In this document: piece after piece, positions 37,601-49,600 of the stretch | Layout of the letters: the number at the start of each line of letters is the position of its first letter | How positions within the stretch are numbered: position 1 is the first letter of the stretch | Assembly: GCA_013265495.1 (NCBI GenBank) | Contig: MU057560.1 | Span: 880,753-944,752, forward strand | Source: Vicugna vicugna | Lineage: Eukaryota | DNA length: 64,000 nt | Reading direction: 5' to 3' | Notes under the pieces: model-generated | What the model was told of the DNA's origin: nothing | Databases searched by the model: none | Seen by the model: the letters and a program-made list of their open reading frames with translations, nothing else | Made by a program: the position numbers and the translations under genes

Positions 37601-39652
37601 AAGTCTGACGGCTTAGAACAAAGTGGTTCTTCTCACAGACACTGTGATAACCTGGCTGGCCAAATTCAGCACCGCTGTCTCCTCAACTGGACACGCTTGT
37701 GGAACTTCCAGACGCTTCTGTCGGATGCACCTAATTGCATCGCCAAGGTTGATCATGTCTTTCCAGCTGAGTGGGCTGCCCTTGGCCTTCTGAGCTAATG
37801 TGACCTTTTTCTTTCTAGGCATGCATCTTTAAACTGGAGCTTATCAAATTTACTCTCATTTGGAGCAGTAACAGTTATAATACAAAAATTGTGCCTTTAA
37901 ATTAAAAAAAGTAAATAATCATCTTCTTCAATTAAGACCTGGAAGAATCTTTGTCTAGAGGCTCTGAAATTGGATATGAAGAGATTATTTTGAGCAGATA
38001 GAAGAAACTTGGTATTAGTGAAGCATCTAGTAAATATACTTGAGAAACAGTTCATCTTGGGCAAAACATTTTGTAAACAGTTCTATTTCTATTGGCCTAA
38101 AAGCCTTTAAGATGTTTCTGCAAATTAGTGTGTCTGCCTGAATATCTTTTAAAACACCCTTTCTTCTGATGCCTCCATCTGCTCTGGAGCTTTGTCATGA
38201 CTTCATCCTTACTTTACAAATGAGAGTAGCCTGACGGGTCTCCCGTGTGGCTGAAAACATATGAGCTTGAAATTTAAGAACCTCTATTAAAATAATACTG
38301 GCAGATATGGTAGGCTGCCATTAAACAAAGAAAAAAAAGTCATCAAATATATAGAAACCAGATTCTGAGATGATGGTTTGTCCAAACATTTAGTCCACAC
38401 AACTCTTTGCTAGGGTCCTCCTCTCGACTCAAGGAAATGTGGTCCAGCTCTGAAAAGGCATGCTACGGTTTCAGTCATTTATATACATTTTAATGGATTT
38501 ATAATTGGATTCAGGATTCCAGCTGGAAAGCAGGGGTGGGAAGTGGGGAAAACACGTCCCCGGGTAATTCCTTTATAGGGATCATTGAGAAACAAGCCAC
38601 AAATTGAAGCAGGAGAGAGGGGGGAACTGGTACCCCTAAAATTCGGTACTTAAAAAAGCTGAGCGTCTGAGATCTCAGTGGAGAGGCTGATAGTTTTGAC
38701 ATCTCAAGTCTGATCATTCATACAATTATTCATTCCAACCAGGACTAAGTCGTTTTATTTGCATTAACTAAATATATGATGAATGGAAGCCAAGCCGGCC
38801 AGGGCAATAAATGCAATATGGAGATTCCATTTCCTTTTCTGGCAGGAGCCCAGCATCTTTTCATTTGCCCTTCTCTCCCTTCACAATGAACACAGCTGGG
38901 AACCTGCATAGATAAACAAGACAGGCTGGATTGTTGTTTTTCTTCCTCTTACGTTTTTAATGACTATAACTTTGACTAATTTCAAAGAGATGCCAGCATA
39001 TTTCCTCACGTTGTTAAAACAAAAATTGCAATTTTGTCCAGTAAGATGCATGGAAATGTTACATCTCTCCCTACTTGTTTTTTTTTATAGATATCTATGC
39101 AAATTTGATAATAAAACAGAGCATGAAGTATTAAACGATCACCATGGTTGGGTAAACTCTATCTAGTCATTAAACAAAAATTGAATTATTAAAGCATGTC
39201 CTAAGCCAGTAGTAATTAACGGAATTGTTTACTAGCAGCTGCCTAAAAGCTGGGCTTTTCGGGTTTTTGCTTTGCAGGAAGAATAAGAGACTTCACATGT
39301 GCTCTTCTTGAAGGCTACTCAGTCATCCTCGTTCACTCGGGCCAGTCCCTATAAATAGGTGATTTAAATTATTTTTCTAAAATGTCCTTGATTCCAGTCA
39401 TTCCTCAGCATGACTCCAGCATGACTTCACCCCTCGTTACTCTGGACTTCCTCTTGGAGGAAACTTCCGGTTCCTGCTGCCGACTCCTCTGTCCCCTGCT
39501 GTAGTCCTGCTTGCCTGGACTGGAGTGTTCTTTCTCGACCACCTTTCATCACGTGACTCCCTTCCTGGCATGCAGGCTCTCCCCTAAGTGCATGGAGAGA
39601 ATCTTCTTCCATCCTTCTTGCAAACCAGTGCCTGTCTCCTCCTTCAAAACAC

Positions 39653-39653
<1 letters not shown>

Positions 39654-39686
<33 letters not shown>
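39654..39686. repeat. (CA)n microsatellite
   Basis: Read directly from the sequence. Confidence 0.95.
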
Positions 39687-39689
<3 letters not shown>

Positions 39690-41368
39690 TGTTCTCAAGC
39701 CAGGGATTAATTACACCCCATTCCAACCTTCCCTTTACTATGTCCCTTGAATGTTTATGTTTCCTTATTCTGGCATAACATTATTATGATTTTGCTGCCA
39801 GGGGCTTGTGAGTGCATAAGATTCTCTCCTGGGCCAACGTTTCCTTCAAATAAATGATAACCTCCTGCAGAGGCTTCTTGAACTCTTCTGCCTAGTTTAC
39901 GCCATCTAGCAACTCAGTCGGGACACGGTGGACCCCAACGGACTTTTAATGAGCTGGTCTCTCCCAGGGCCACATTTTGTTGTGTTTTCCATCGCCTGGC
40001 TACCTAATTACAATGATCTTCACAGCCCTGAGGTCATTCCCAATGCCACCTGGTCCTAGGTCAGCCATACTTGTCACCACGTTGGTGCCCCTCTCACAGT
40101 GGATGTCATCGGCTTCTGGGCCCCAGATAAGGGAGCTCCCGGTCTGCAGGCACTGGGTCTGCACACGCAGCTCGATGCTGCTATCTGAGGACAAACAAGA
40201 AGGCCATCCCTGGCTGTAAGACCATGGCTAAGTGTGCTCAGGGTGCTCTTATTAAGTGCCTGCTCCCTGGATTACTGTGAGAATTTTCCTATAACTACTT
40301 TTTGAAAAATTCTGTCTTATGTTAAGCATAACTCAGCCATAGAAATGCATACTAAATATCTGTGCAGTATGATGAACTGTGGAAGATCAACACCCAGGTA
40401 ATGATCGTCCAGGTTAGGGGCCAGAAGTGTAGTTCCCTGAGAACGACTGTCGTAGGCATCCCACGTTCATGGACATCACTTCTCGCCTTACAGTTCAGCC
40501 TCTCAAGTGTGCTTCACTACACGCTATGCTTTGGATTGCCCATTCATTTTTATCATCTTGTAATAATTTTAAAAACTCAAGACCAATTTCTTTTTAGGTC
40601 TTAATTCCATGTGCGTGCTTCCGTAAGCTCTCTCTTCTGTGTTTCAGTGTTAACCTGCATACACTACATCTATACCTGTGTCCGACACAGCTGTCTACAT
40701 CCACATGGGTACCTATATTCTTCCCTCTCTCCCTCTCTCTGTCTCCACCTCCACCTCTGAATCTGTCTAGCTATATATATCATCCAAATGCTAGTTTCCT
40801 TGGTTCATAATTGTTGTCTTGACTTTTGAGCCATTAAATATAATAAGAGCTCTGTTATTTTCAAGTCTTTAAATTCTGGAATAAATGAATAACTATGACA
40901 TTGAATTTAGGGACAATGTCGATACAAAGTACACTCTACTATGTTAACCCCTATGGATACTGAGGGGGAGAACTTTTATTAAATGGCTGTGATAAAATCT
41001 ATGACGATAATTTTGAGAAAGATTACTTTTCATGCCAGGAAGTACTCCTCAAGATAATTTCAAGTACAATTCAGACGGTAATTTCCTTCAGAGGGGTTCA
41101 AATGATTTGCAAACATTATCTTCTGGTTCTTAATATAGCTTTTGAGGGGGTTGAATAGTGGGTAAGTCATAAGGAATCTCGTTTTGAACTAAGCAGCAAA
41201 GGCAAAAGGGGAAACAGCGATGGTAAGTGAGCACATGAAATAAGAATATAAGCTCACACAGAATCCTGGAATTGCGGCAAGAATTCACTGCTTCTGACAC
41301 AGGGCACCTGACTGTCCAGTGCTGAGCAAGCCAGGACGAGGAGAGGGGGAAAAGCCTCGCAAACTGAC

Positions 41369-41519
41369 CAAGTCCGTCTCTCTCCGTGTGAAAGTAGCAG
41401 GGCAAAACGCAAGGAAGGCAGCCAGGAGGCTCAGGGCGAGGTTTTCCCTGGAGCTGTGATGGGACGCGCGTGCCCCACCCCCGCAAGCCCAGCCAAAGGC
41501 TGGAGGCCTTCGAGCTCTG
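41369..41519 (-). other. Candidate 151-nt exon at the edge of a CpG island
   Basis: Acceptor ttcgtgtctttctgttccag|CAG (NAGNAG) and donor CTTG|gtcagt. Confidence 0.35.
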
Positions 41520-41830
41520 CTGGAACAGAAAGACACGAAGGCCAGGGAGCCGAGAGCCGTCTGCACCGAGGGCGGGACCCGCGCTCGGGCCCTGCGGCCG
41601 CCCGGCGCGGGAGGCAGGTCCCACGCAGCAGTGCCACCGGCGCAGGGCGGAGGCCCTGGGGAGAATCCTGCCCGCTGCGCCGTGATGCGCTCCCCCCTGT
41701 TCGTCCGCGTCAGGTTCAGATGAAGTGCTCGGACGACTCCGGGTGCAAAGTGGGACGTTCGCGGTTCCGGAAACGGCATGGCAGTGCGAACCGCGAGCCA
41801 GAGAGCGCGCTCTGGCGAACTCGGCGCCCA
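41440..41830. promoter_or_regulatory. CpG island, candidate alternative promoter/enhancer
   Basis: Dense CpG and GC boxes; palindromic ETS-like TTCCGGAA at 41766-41773. Confidence 0.55.
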
Positions 41831-43899
41831 CGCTGCTACTTCTCCAACACACCTGTTCAAGGTCAGTGACGCCGTCTCTCCTCGAAGCCCAGTGCCTCTG
41901 ATTCCTGGACTTCCTCTCAGCGTTAGGTCTCTGACTCTCACTCCTCAGATCTGCGATCGGAGTCCAGGAGCCCTGTTCCTTGGAGTTACAAAGGTGCTGC
42001 CGTGGTGCTGGCCGTGAAGTTGCCTTCAGTCCCAACGAAACGGGTTCCAAGTGCCAGTGAGACCCATCCGGACTCAAGTGGACAGTAAACAAAAAATGGG
42101 GTCAGTAAAATCTGCAAATGCACGTCCACCCGTCTTGCTCAGGGTGGAGTTTATTAAGCAGAATAATGGTGGCTTATGGGTGAATATATATGAATTGATT
42201 CTGCAATACAGAGTCCATAAAAACCCCTAAAGTTGTTTCCACTTGTAATAAAGGTTTTCTTTTCCACTTAAAAAAAAAAAAAAAGATCTGATGGTTAAGC
42301 TTGCTGGGCATTCCCCTGATCGTTTGTTTAGTCACTGGCTTGTTGGCGACTTTCTTACACATTTAGTGCTGTTTAATCCTTTAGGTCATCTCAAAACAAT
42401 GAAGAAGTAATTGTCGTAGGACTTTGAACTTCCAGAGGCACCTACCTTGCAGTTTCTTAGCATACACAGTATGGTGGGTTACACTGAAAGGCGGAGAGGT
42501 AAAACATTCATGGATATTTTGCATGTGTGTGTGTGTGGATGAAGAGAAACAGAAAAAGTCTAGACTCTGGATGTGTGTTTCCAGGGCTTAACTCACATTT
42601 TCTTACTACCGCACTGATTCCCCACCATTGTCATGCGAAGATCAGAACTTACTTTCAAAAAGAATTGAATGATGTTCTGAGAAACTGTTTACGGCTGGAC
42701 TAAGACATTAAGCCTCTCACGGTCACACGCGTGATGTTGTCTTTATCAGATCAGTAACTATGAAAAATAAACGATGCTCCTCATCGCAGGGTTGCTCTCT
42801 CTCTTTTGCATTAACGTTGAACTGAAATTGAACAGAGTGGAGTTAAACAAGTGCGACATGTTTCCATACCTCGTTCTGTTGAAACTGGGCCCCCAGAACA
42901 GCTCTCCATACTGAAGAGTTCAGACCACCCACTGAATTGTGAGGTGATGTCGCCTGCCCCACAGGACCGCTGAGACGATTCAGGGAGACCGTTAAATGCC
43001 CTCTCTCCACACCTGCACTGGTAGATCCACCCCCATTCTCTCCCCTCCCAGGTGAACTAGCACCAGGCCCTGCTGATCCTATCTGGAAGGGTCTTTCTAA
43101 TCTGCCCCTGTCCAGAGAAACGTCTTTAATTCATCATCACTCATATCCCCGTCTGGCCTCCTGCCTCGGTCTTACGCCATTCCAACAGAATCTCCCCTCT
43201 TCAGGCAGGAGGGCCTTCTCAAAACAAATGTGAACCTGATAATCTTCTATTTAAAACCCTTTGGTGGGGCTTCAAAGCCCCCAAGATAAAGTCAAATTCT
43301 TTAATCTGACTGACAAAGTCATCCTTGATCTGAGGCTGCCCAGCTCACCCGTGTGGGTCCGACATTTCTTTCTTCAGCCCTCTGTGCTTCAAAAGGTAAC
43401 ATTTCTGGAAGAACAAATGCGAAAAAAAAGGGGGGGCCTTTGTGACTTTAATAAATATACAGCTAACATTCTTCTATAACTCATAGACTGTAATTTCCGC
43501 CAGCCCGAGGCCAGGAAAACACAGAGGACGGAAGAGTGGATGAAATCAGACAGCTGGGCACCAGTTAGTGAGAGGACCCAGCTGACCGCTCAGCTCCGTG
43601 TTGTGGGTCCATGTGTGCGATACAAGGGGCCTGGACACGCTGGGTTGTCTGATCATGGAAGACGTCGTGCCTAGAGGCGTCTTGACTGAGTGTATGTGTT
43701 GTGTGTGCGTGTTGTGTACGCATGTGTTGCATGCCTGGTGTGCAAGCAAGCTGGGCAGTGTGCCAACGGAGGCCAAGCCCATACTTAAACAGTAACTCGA
43801 ATTCGGGAGCTGAAACCTGTAATTTTGTCCGTATGTCTGAACCACTGAGAATTAGCCATTGATCTGCTAAAGTACCTGACAAATCATCACTCTGAGTTA

Positions 43900-44110
43900 A
43901 CTTTACCAGACACCATAGGAAGCACCTTACATGCATCCTTTAATTTACCTCTTGTAATGCCCCATAGAGGGGTGCCTTGAGCCTGATGTGCAGAAGAAAA
44001 AAACTGAGTCTTAACAGATGCAAAACTCTGCCTCACATAGAAAATGAAAAGAAGAACGGTTGGGATTTTTCACCCCCGTCTGTTCAGAGCTCCAGGTCCT
44101 AACCACCATG
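43900..44110. mobile_element. MIR SINE fragment
   Basis: aagcaccttacatgcat...cagaagaaaaaaactgagtctt...gggattt...ccccgtctg...ctaaccac. Confidence 0.5.
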
Positions 44111-45339
44111 GCGCACCTTTGCCTAAAATCCTACCTCCCTCCAAATGGTGAAAAATACCCCGTCCACTGGTACAGTGAAATCCCTCCCAAATTCTGTGCT
44201 GCCTCTGACTCTCGGGGCAATGCTGACCTGAGACAGAAGGGATCTGGGGGCAGGGGCTCTGCTGACAGTGGCTCCCGGCAGGATGCTCTGAGCAGGGCCT
44301 GGGCAGGGGCGCATTTGCGGCTCCTCACCCTCTGCCCCGGGCCTAGAGCGCCGCTCCCAGTGGTGGTCCTGAGTGGGCTGAGTCTTGGAGAACCTCACCA
44401 TCAAAGACAGACTTGAGGCATTTCCTCCGTAGTCACGTCATGGTGATGAAGCCAGTCCCCACGTCCCAGGGGCCGGGGCTGGGTTGTCACGTGTCCCAAG
44501 TGTAGGTAGTTGTCAAATGTCAGCATTTCACACAGGGCCCTGCTCAGGGTGCTTGCTCTCTCTCCGCACCTCTGCACTATTGCGTGAGAAACTCACTTTT
44601 TCATTTAAATGAAAGAATGAAAAAGGAAATCTTTAAAGAAAACAAAATGAGGGAATCAGTCTCATTTGTCACAAGTACGAGGTGGAGAAATGCGTGCGTG
44701 AGGAAATGCCTGAGCACAACTTCACCGAGTTCTGTGTGCGCCTAGAATCAGCAGTTCAGCCAAAGTGTGGCCCCCACCCCCAGCCGCCCCTCAGGTGCTG
44801 TCACCGCTGGTCTGTGCAGTCCTGTGAGATTGGACTTGGCAGCTCCACTTTCTAGATTTGAGACTGAGAGAGCCTAAATAACCTGCCGAAAATCCTACAC
44901 AACTTTTCTGATGCTGGCTCACCCGACGGCCCCAGGGTCCGTCGCGATCCAGGTGAACTGCGTCCCCGCCGCGGGCGCACAGTTTTGCGTCCGGGCTTGT
45001 CTTTCTCTTACCTTCGTGGTCACAGCAAAGGAGAAAAACCCCCAGCACTTTGGTGCCGAAATCTAGGTCCCGGTGCAGCTTGGAGAAAAAACTCTCCTTA
45101 AAGAAAGAAAGGGATGACGCGATCCAAGCTGTAAACGTGAAGACGCTGACACTGACGGTGGTGTGTCATCGCCCCCATTTTCACGCAAAGTCCAGAATCC
45201 TGGGTCAGAAGGCTCCCCCGAAGAGTCGAACACTGTGGAGCCGTGTGCCCGCGGGGTGAGCGCACAGCGGCCCCGCTCCAAGTAGAATGACAGTGAAGCG
45301 TCACACTGGTTCTGGGGACCCCTTGAGGCCATCACTCAC

Positions 45340-45720
45340 CCATCCCTGCTCTTGGGTGGAGGGAGCCACAGGAACAGCCCGGCCCGTGGGGACGCCACTT
45401 GCCACGTCTGATGTCGGGTTCCGTGCCACAGTGTAATGACGCCACACTGTGACATTTCAGTGCGAGTGTGCAAGACTTTACAGCTGTTACCTTCACGCTG
45501 TGCGGTGGGGGGAGGGATGTGGGAAGGAAGTCATTACAGATAATATAAAACAACGAGAGCGAACGAGAAAGGCAGAGAGAGAGAGGGATGGAGAGCTCGG
45601 CGCCCACATCGCCTGTTCCTGACCGCACGGCGCCCTCGTGTTCGTCTCTGCGCTGAAAGACGGGAGGAGAGCTGAGGCGTGTCTGTCGGAGGGAGGCCAC
45701 TGCTGGGTTCTGCCCGGCGC
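45340..45720 (-). other. Candidate alternative first exon ending gggATGG|gtgagt (5' end approximate)
   Basis: Strong donor (GT at 45339-45338) directly after a strong-context ATG (45343-45341), within CpG-rich 44920-45720. Confidence 0.45.
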
Positions 45721-46500
45721 CAGACCAGAGGCTCTCATCTGGGCCTTCAGCGCCGAAACAGCTGCTTAAGTCAGTCTTCCCATCACTTCATGTAAAACAG
45801 AAATAAAAAAAACAACAAAAAAAGAGAGAGGGAGAGAATCCACTGCGTAGACTGGCATCTTGGTTTAACTTCAAAAATTATATTTGCAACAAGGATTTAG
45901 AAACCTAACTGGATGCCTGACAAGTAGGAACACAGAGCCAACATCCTGGAAGCACTTTGCCTCAGGAGATGCCCTGCGAGTGCCCAGACGGGTCAGTAAT
46001 GCGCGCCGGCCTGTGAGGGCTCACAGTGCTGTGTCGGCTGCCGGTGAAGAACGTGTTTTCTCACAAACACTGTGCCTGCTGGACGGGAAGGCCCGGAGTG
46101 TGCTTCTCTGACCCGTGTGGCATCCTGCTGTGTTGTGACAGGCTGTGTCACAGTCAGCAAACACATGACAGGCCATCACTCAGGGGGCAGTGATGTCACC
46201 AGGGCCCCAGATCGGGGCCTGGGGCATGGGGGTGGGGAGGGGCGCGAGATGGTCCAGCCAGTTGCCGAGGAGGAGGGAACAGGTTTGCAATATTCTTCAC
46301 AGTGTCTGTTATGTTTGCAATCTTTGTTTGTATTTACTTCCAAAGTCTTTATAAAACCAGGTCAGTAATCTCTGGACGTTTTCACAGGTGAGCCGGTACC
46401 GTGTAGGGACATTCAGGGATGGTTTGTTTGTTTTTGGTATTATGTGACGTCATTTAAATTGTTTTGAACTCTTCTCATTTTCCTCCTTCCCAAGTCGATC

Positions 46501-46655
46501 TTTTTTTTGTTTTGTTTTTTTGATTGAAGTACACTCAGTTACAATGTGTCAATCTCTGGTGCACAGAACAGTGTCCCAGTCATGCATATACATACATATA
46601 TTCATTTTCATATTCTTTTTCATTAAAGATTATTATTACAAAATATTGAACATCC
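46501..46655 (-). mobile_element. Short LINE-1 3' end
   Basis: T tail + attgaagtac...cagttacaatgtgtc...cccagtcatgcatatac; TSD agt(c/t)gatctt at 46493-46502 and 46657-46666. Confidence 0.85.
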
Positions 46656-49600
46656 GAGTTGATCTTAAACTTTGAATTATGTATGCATCATTTTTTCCTT
46701 TGGAGATCACGCCCTGGAGAAAGTTTTCTATAAACATTTCTAATTCCTGAGGTTTTCATGCAACCTTTGGTAAGACTATAGGGGGCCTGCTCTATGCCAA
46801 GCCCTGTGTTGATGCTTTATGTGCCTAATCTGTTACGGCGAGGACCAGGCAGGGAGAGCACTAGTATATTGTTTTATGATTTAAAACAAGAAATAAGAGA
46901 AGGGAAGTCGCTCGCTTAACGCCACACCGTTAAACAGTGGTGGAGCTAGGAAGCTGCACGAAATCCTGGAGTGAAAGAGAAGAGCGTGCACACAGCACGG
47001 GGCTTCTCAAGGCTTGGCGCGGGCCTTCTCCCACCTGGAACGCTGTCCCGTTATCCCCAGGGCCGCCTCCCCTTCCCTTCCTTTGCCCCTATTTCTTAAA
47101 TTGCATTAGGCGTCTTTAATTTGTGCAATTAGAGGGAAATGACCATGTCTTACTCTTCTTTGTTTCCCCAGAAGCTTTCACAGGGCTGGGCAGAGAGCAT
47201 AAACGCCATAAATGTTCGTTGAAATACCAATAAATGATGTAGTGCATAATTTCCGCTTCCACTTCTGTGAACCCCAGCTTCCTTCCAGGGCAGTCACACC
47301 CCCTGCTCTCATCCTGTGAAAGCTGAGTGACGCCGTCTCTCTTCTGGGCTCTCAGGGCTTCGTCCAGGCCCGTCCGTCAGTCATTCTGTTCTGCCGCTGC
47401 ACTAATAAGGGCCCCTGCTCAACACGAGCCGATTCTGGGTCAGCGAGACTCACAGGACGCTCATTCTGCGGTCTCTGGGAAAGCTCCCTTGTTCACGCTG
47501 GGTGTTAAAGAGGGGAAGTGGGAGATGGGAGCTGCTCCAGCCCGCTTGAGGTCTCACTGGCCTCACAAGGGACCTCGTGCTCAGAAAGTGAGACCTGCTA
47601 GTGGGAAGGAGAAGCATGTGTCGATGACGTTGTTTGCACCACATCAAGCCATTGCTGAAGCTGGGTTTTCCTGGACTAGACAGTCATGAGAGTCTCTCCC
47701 CACAACCCCCCTTAAAATTTCTTTCGCTTCCACACAACTCACTCCCACTGGTTCAGAAACTAGTGACAGGAGGTAGGTGTCGAAGGCAAAAGGCCCCCAG
47801 AGGGAGGCTGGCGGAGCCCCGCCCACACGTGCAAGGCAGGGGCCCCTTGGTCGTCCAGCCGTTCGCGTTGCAAGGTAACCAGGTGATTGTCTGGGCTGTT
47901 TCTGGTGTATTTGGAGACCAAGGTCATGTGCTGACTGCCCACCTTCCAAAGCTGGAAGACTTGACAGGAAAGATTCCAGACACTGGAGGATTTCTGTGCT
48001 TGTCACAGGTCACACGTAGATAATAAACACAACTTGAAACTGGCCACACCAGCCTCTACTTGTGCACTTCAGTCTGGGAAAGCCAGGCTTTTCTACACAC
48101 AGATAAAACTAAAGCCTGCCGAGGCAGAGATGAGGCGAGCCCTGAGGGGAGATGGAAATGGGACCAGGGAGAAGCTTAATGTCACAGGCCACTCACAGGC
48201 ACATTACGTTATCTTCTTCCTCCCTCAGAAAACAAAGAACCATTTCCGTTTTAAACAGCCATTCTCTGAGATGCAATGGGAAGTGAGAGATGACGCTAGT
48301 AATGTCTCCTCAAATGGACCGCTGTCTGAAATGCTCTGAGATAAAGACCAGGATGCCAGCTGTTGGCCTTGGACAGAGCACCTAGCAGAGCCAGTTTCTG
48401 GAAAACCACATTCCACATCGCATTATTTTTTCTGCTAATTGATTCCCGCCTTGGCACACACCATGGAGTTTACTGCACAGAAATAGACAAAACACCTGTA
48501 AGTTTCATAAAGAGTTGTGTCACTGGAGTAACTCCTGGGACAGCCAAGGACCGTCTGGGATGCTCAACCCTAAGACAGCCCGTGGACCTCTGGTCCTGTG
48601 TGAGAATAAAAGGTGATGCCAAAGGTGAACAGCTCCAGAGAAGGCGTCTTCCCAAGCTATCTCCAGTGCAGCCCTGGAAGGTGATTCTCCCAGAGAACAA
48701 AATCAAAGCAGCCAAAGTAAAATGAGGAGGCGTCACCGCCAGCCTTGGAGTCCCGGCCACTCCTTCCAGCAGGACATGAAATTCGTGGTGCGACATTGCT
48801 TCTGAGCACTGTTCTCCAGTTTCTAAACGGAAGTGGTCCAGCCGTGCCCCAGCAGGTCTGATTCTCTCTCTTTCTGCGTATTGGGTGCGCTGGGAAGTGT
48901 CTATCATTTAGCCACGGACCTCCGAGCCGGAGGAGCTGGGGTAAGACTGACCCCGAGAGCTGCAAGACAATCAGAGCTCCTGCGTCTCGACCTGCAGCTG
49001 AGGGAGTTAATGGGATGAGGAAACATTGCCGCAGTTTAGGACGGGACGTGTTTCACAAGGACGTGGTGTTTTTGTAGGTGTGTCTGGATGGGAAGTGGCA
49101 GCTGCCAAAAGGTGTAGTAGACACTGGTTGTTATTCTGCCTCCGAGCATCAACCCAGCCTTTCCTCCTCAAGGGACCAGGCCCCTGGACCCTCGGGGAAC
49201 AACCCCTCTCCTACGTTCAACCCAAGGAAAGGTCAGGTTGCAAAGACAGAGCATCTGGCCCAGTGAACACACTCAGTCCCCCGCCCCAAGCACAGAGCCC
49301 AGACACAAATGCAGGACCCAAATCCCGCCTCTCAGGGCCAGTGAGACTCTGTTCCAGAATCTCCTCTGTGCGTCCTGGGAAGTGAACTCTGTTCTCTCTG
49401 GAGCACATGCAGGGGGAACACGCTAGAACTGCTCCAGCTTCCTCCCGGGGCAACGGGACCCCACACGGTTGCCCCCCGAGGCAGCAAAGCCAAGACGAGA
49501 GGGGAGCCCTCGCCCTGTGAACACGGAGACTGGGGTCCGGTCTTTCTCCAGGACTCTTTTTTTGTTTATTTTTAAACTCATTTCAGTTGGATTTCCTGTT

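Noticed and set aside
41130..42092. 320-aa minus-strand ORF and overlapping ORFs
   Set aside because: It lies over a GC-rich CpG island where stops are rare, several frames are open at once, the composition is Arg/Pro/Ala/Gly-rich and no domain is recognisable.
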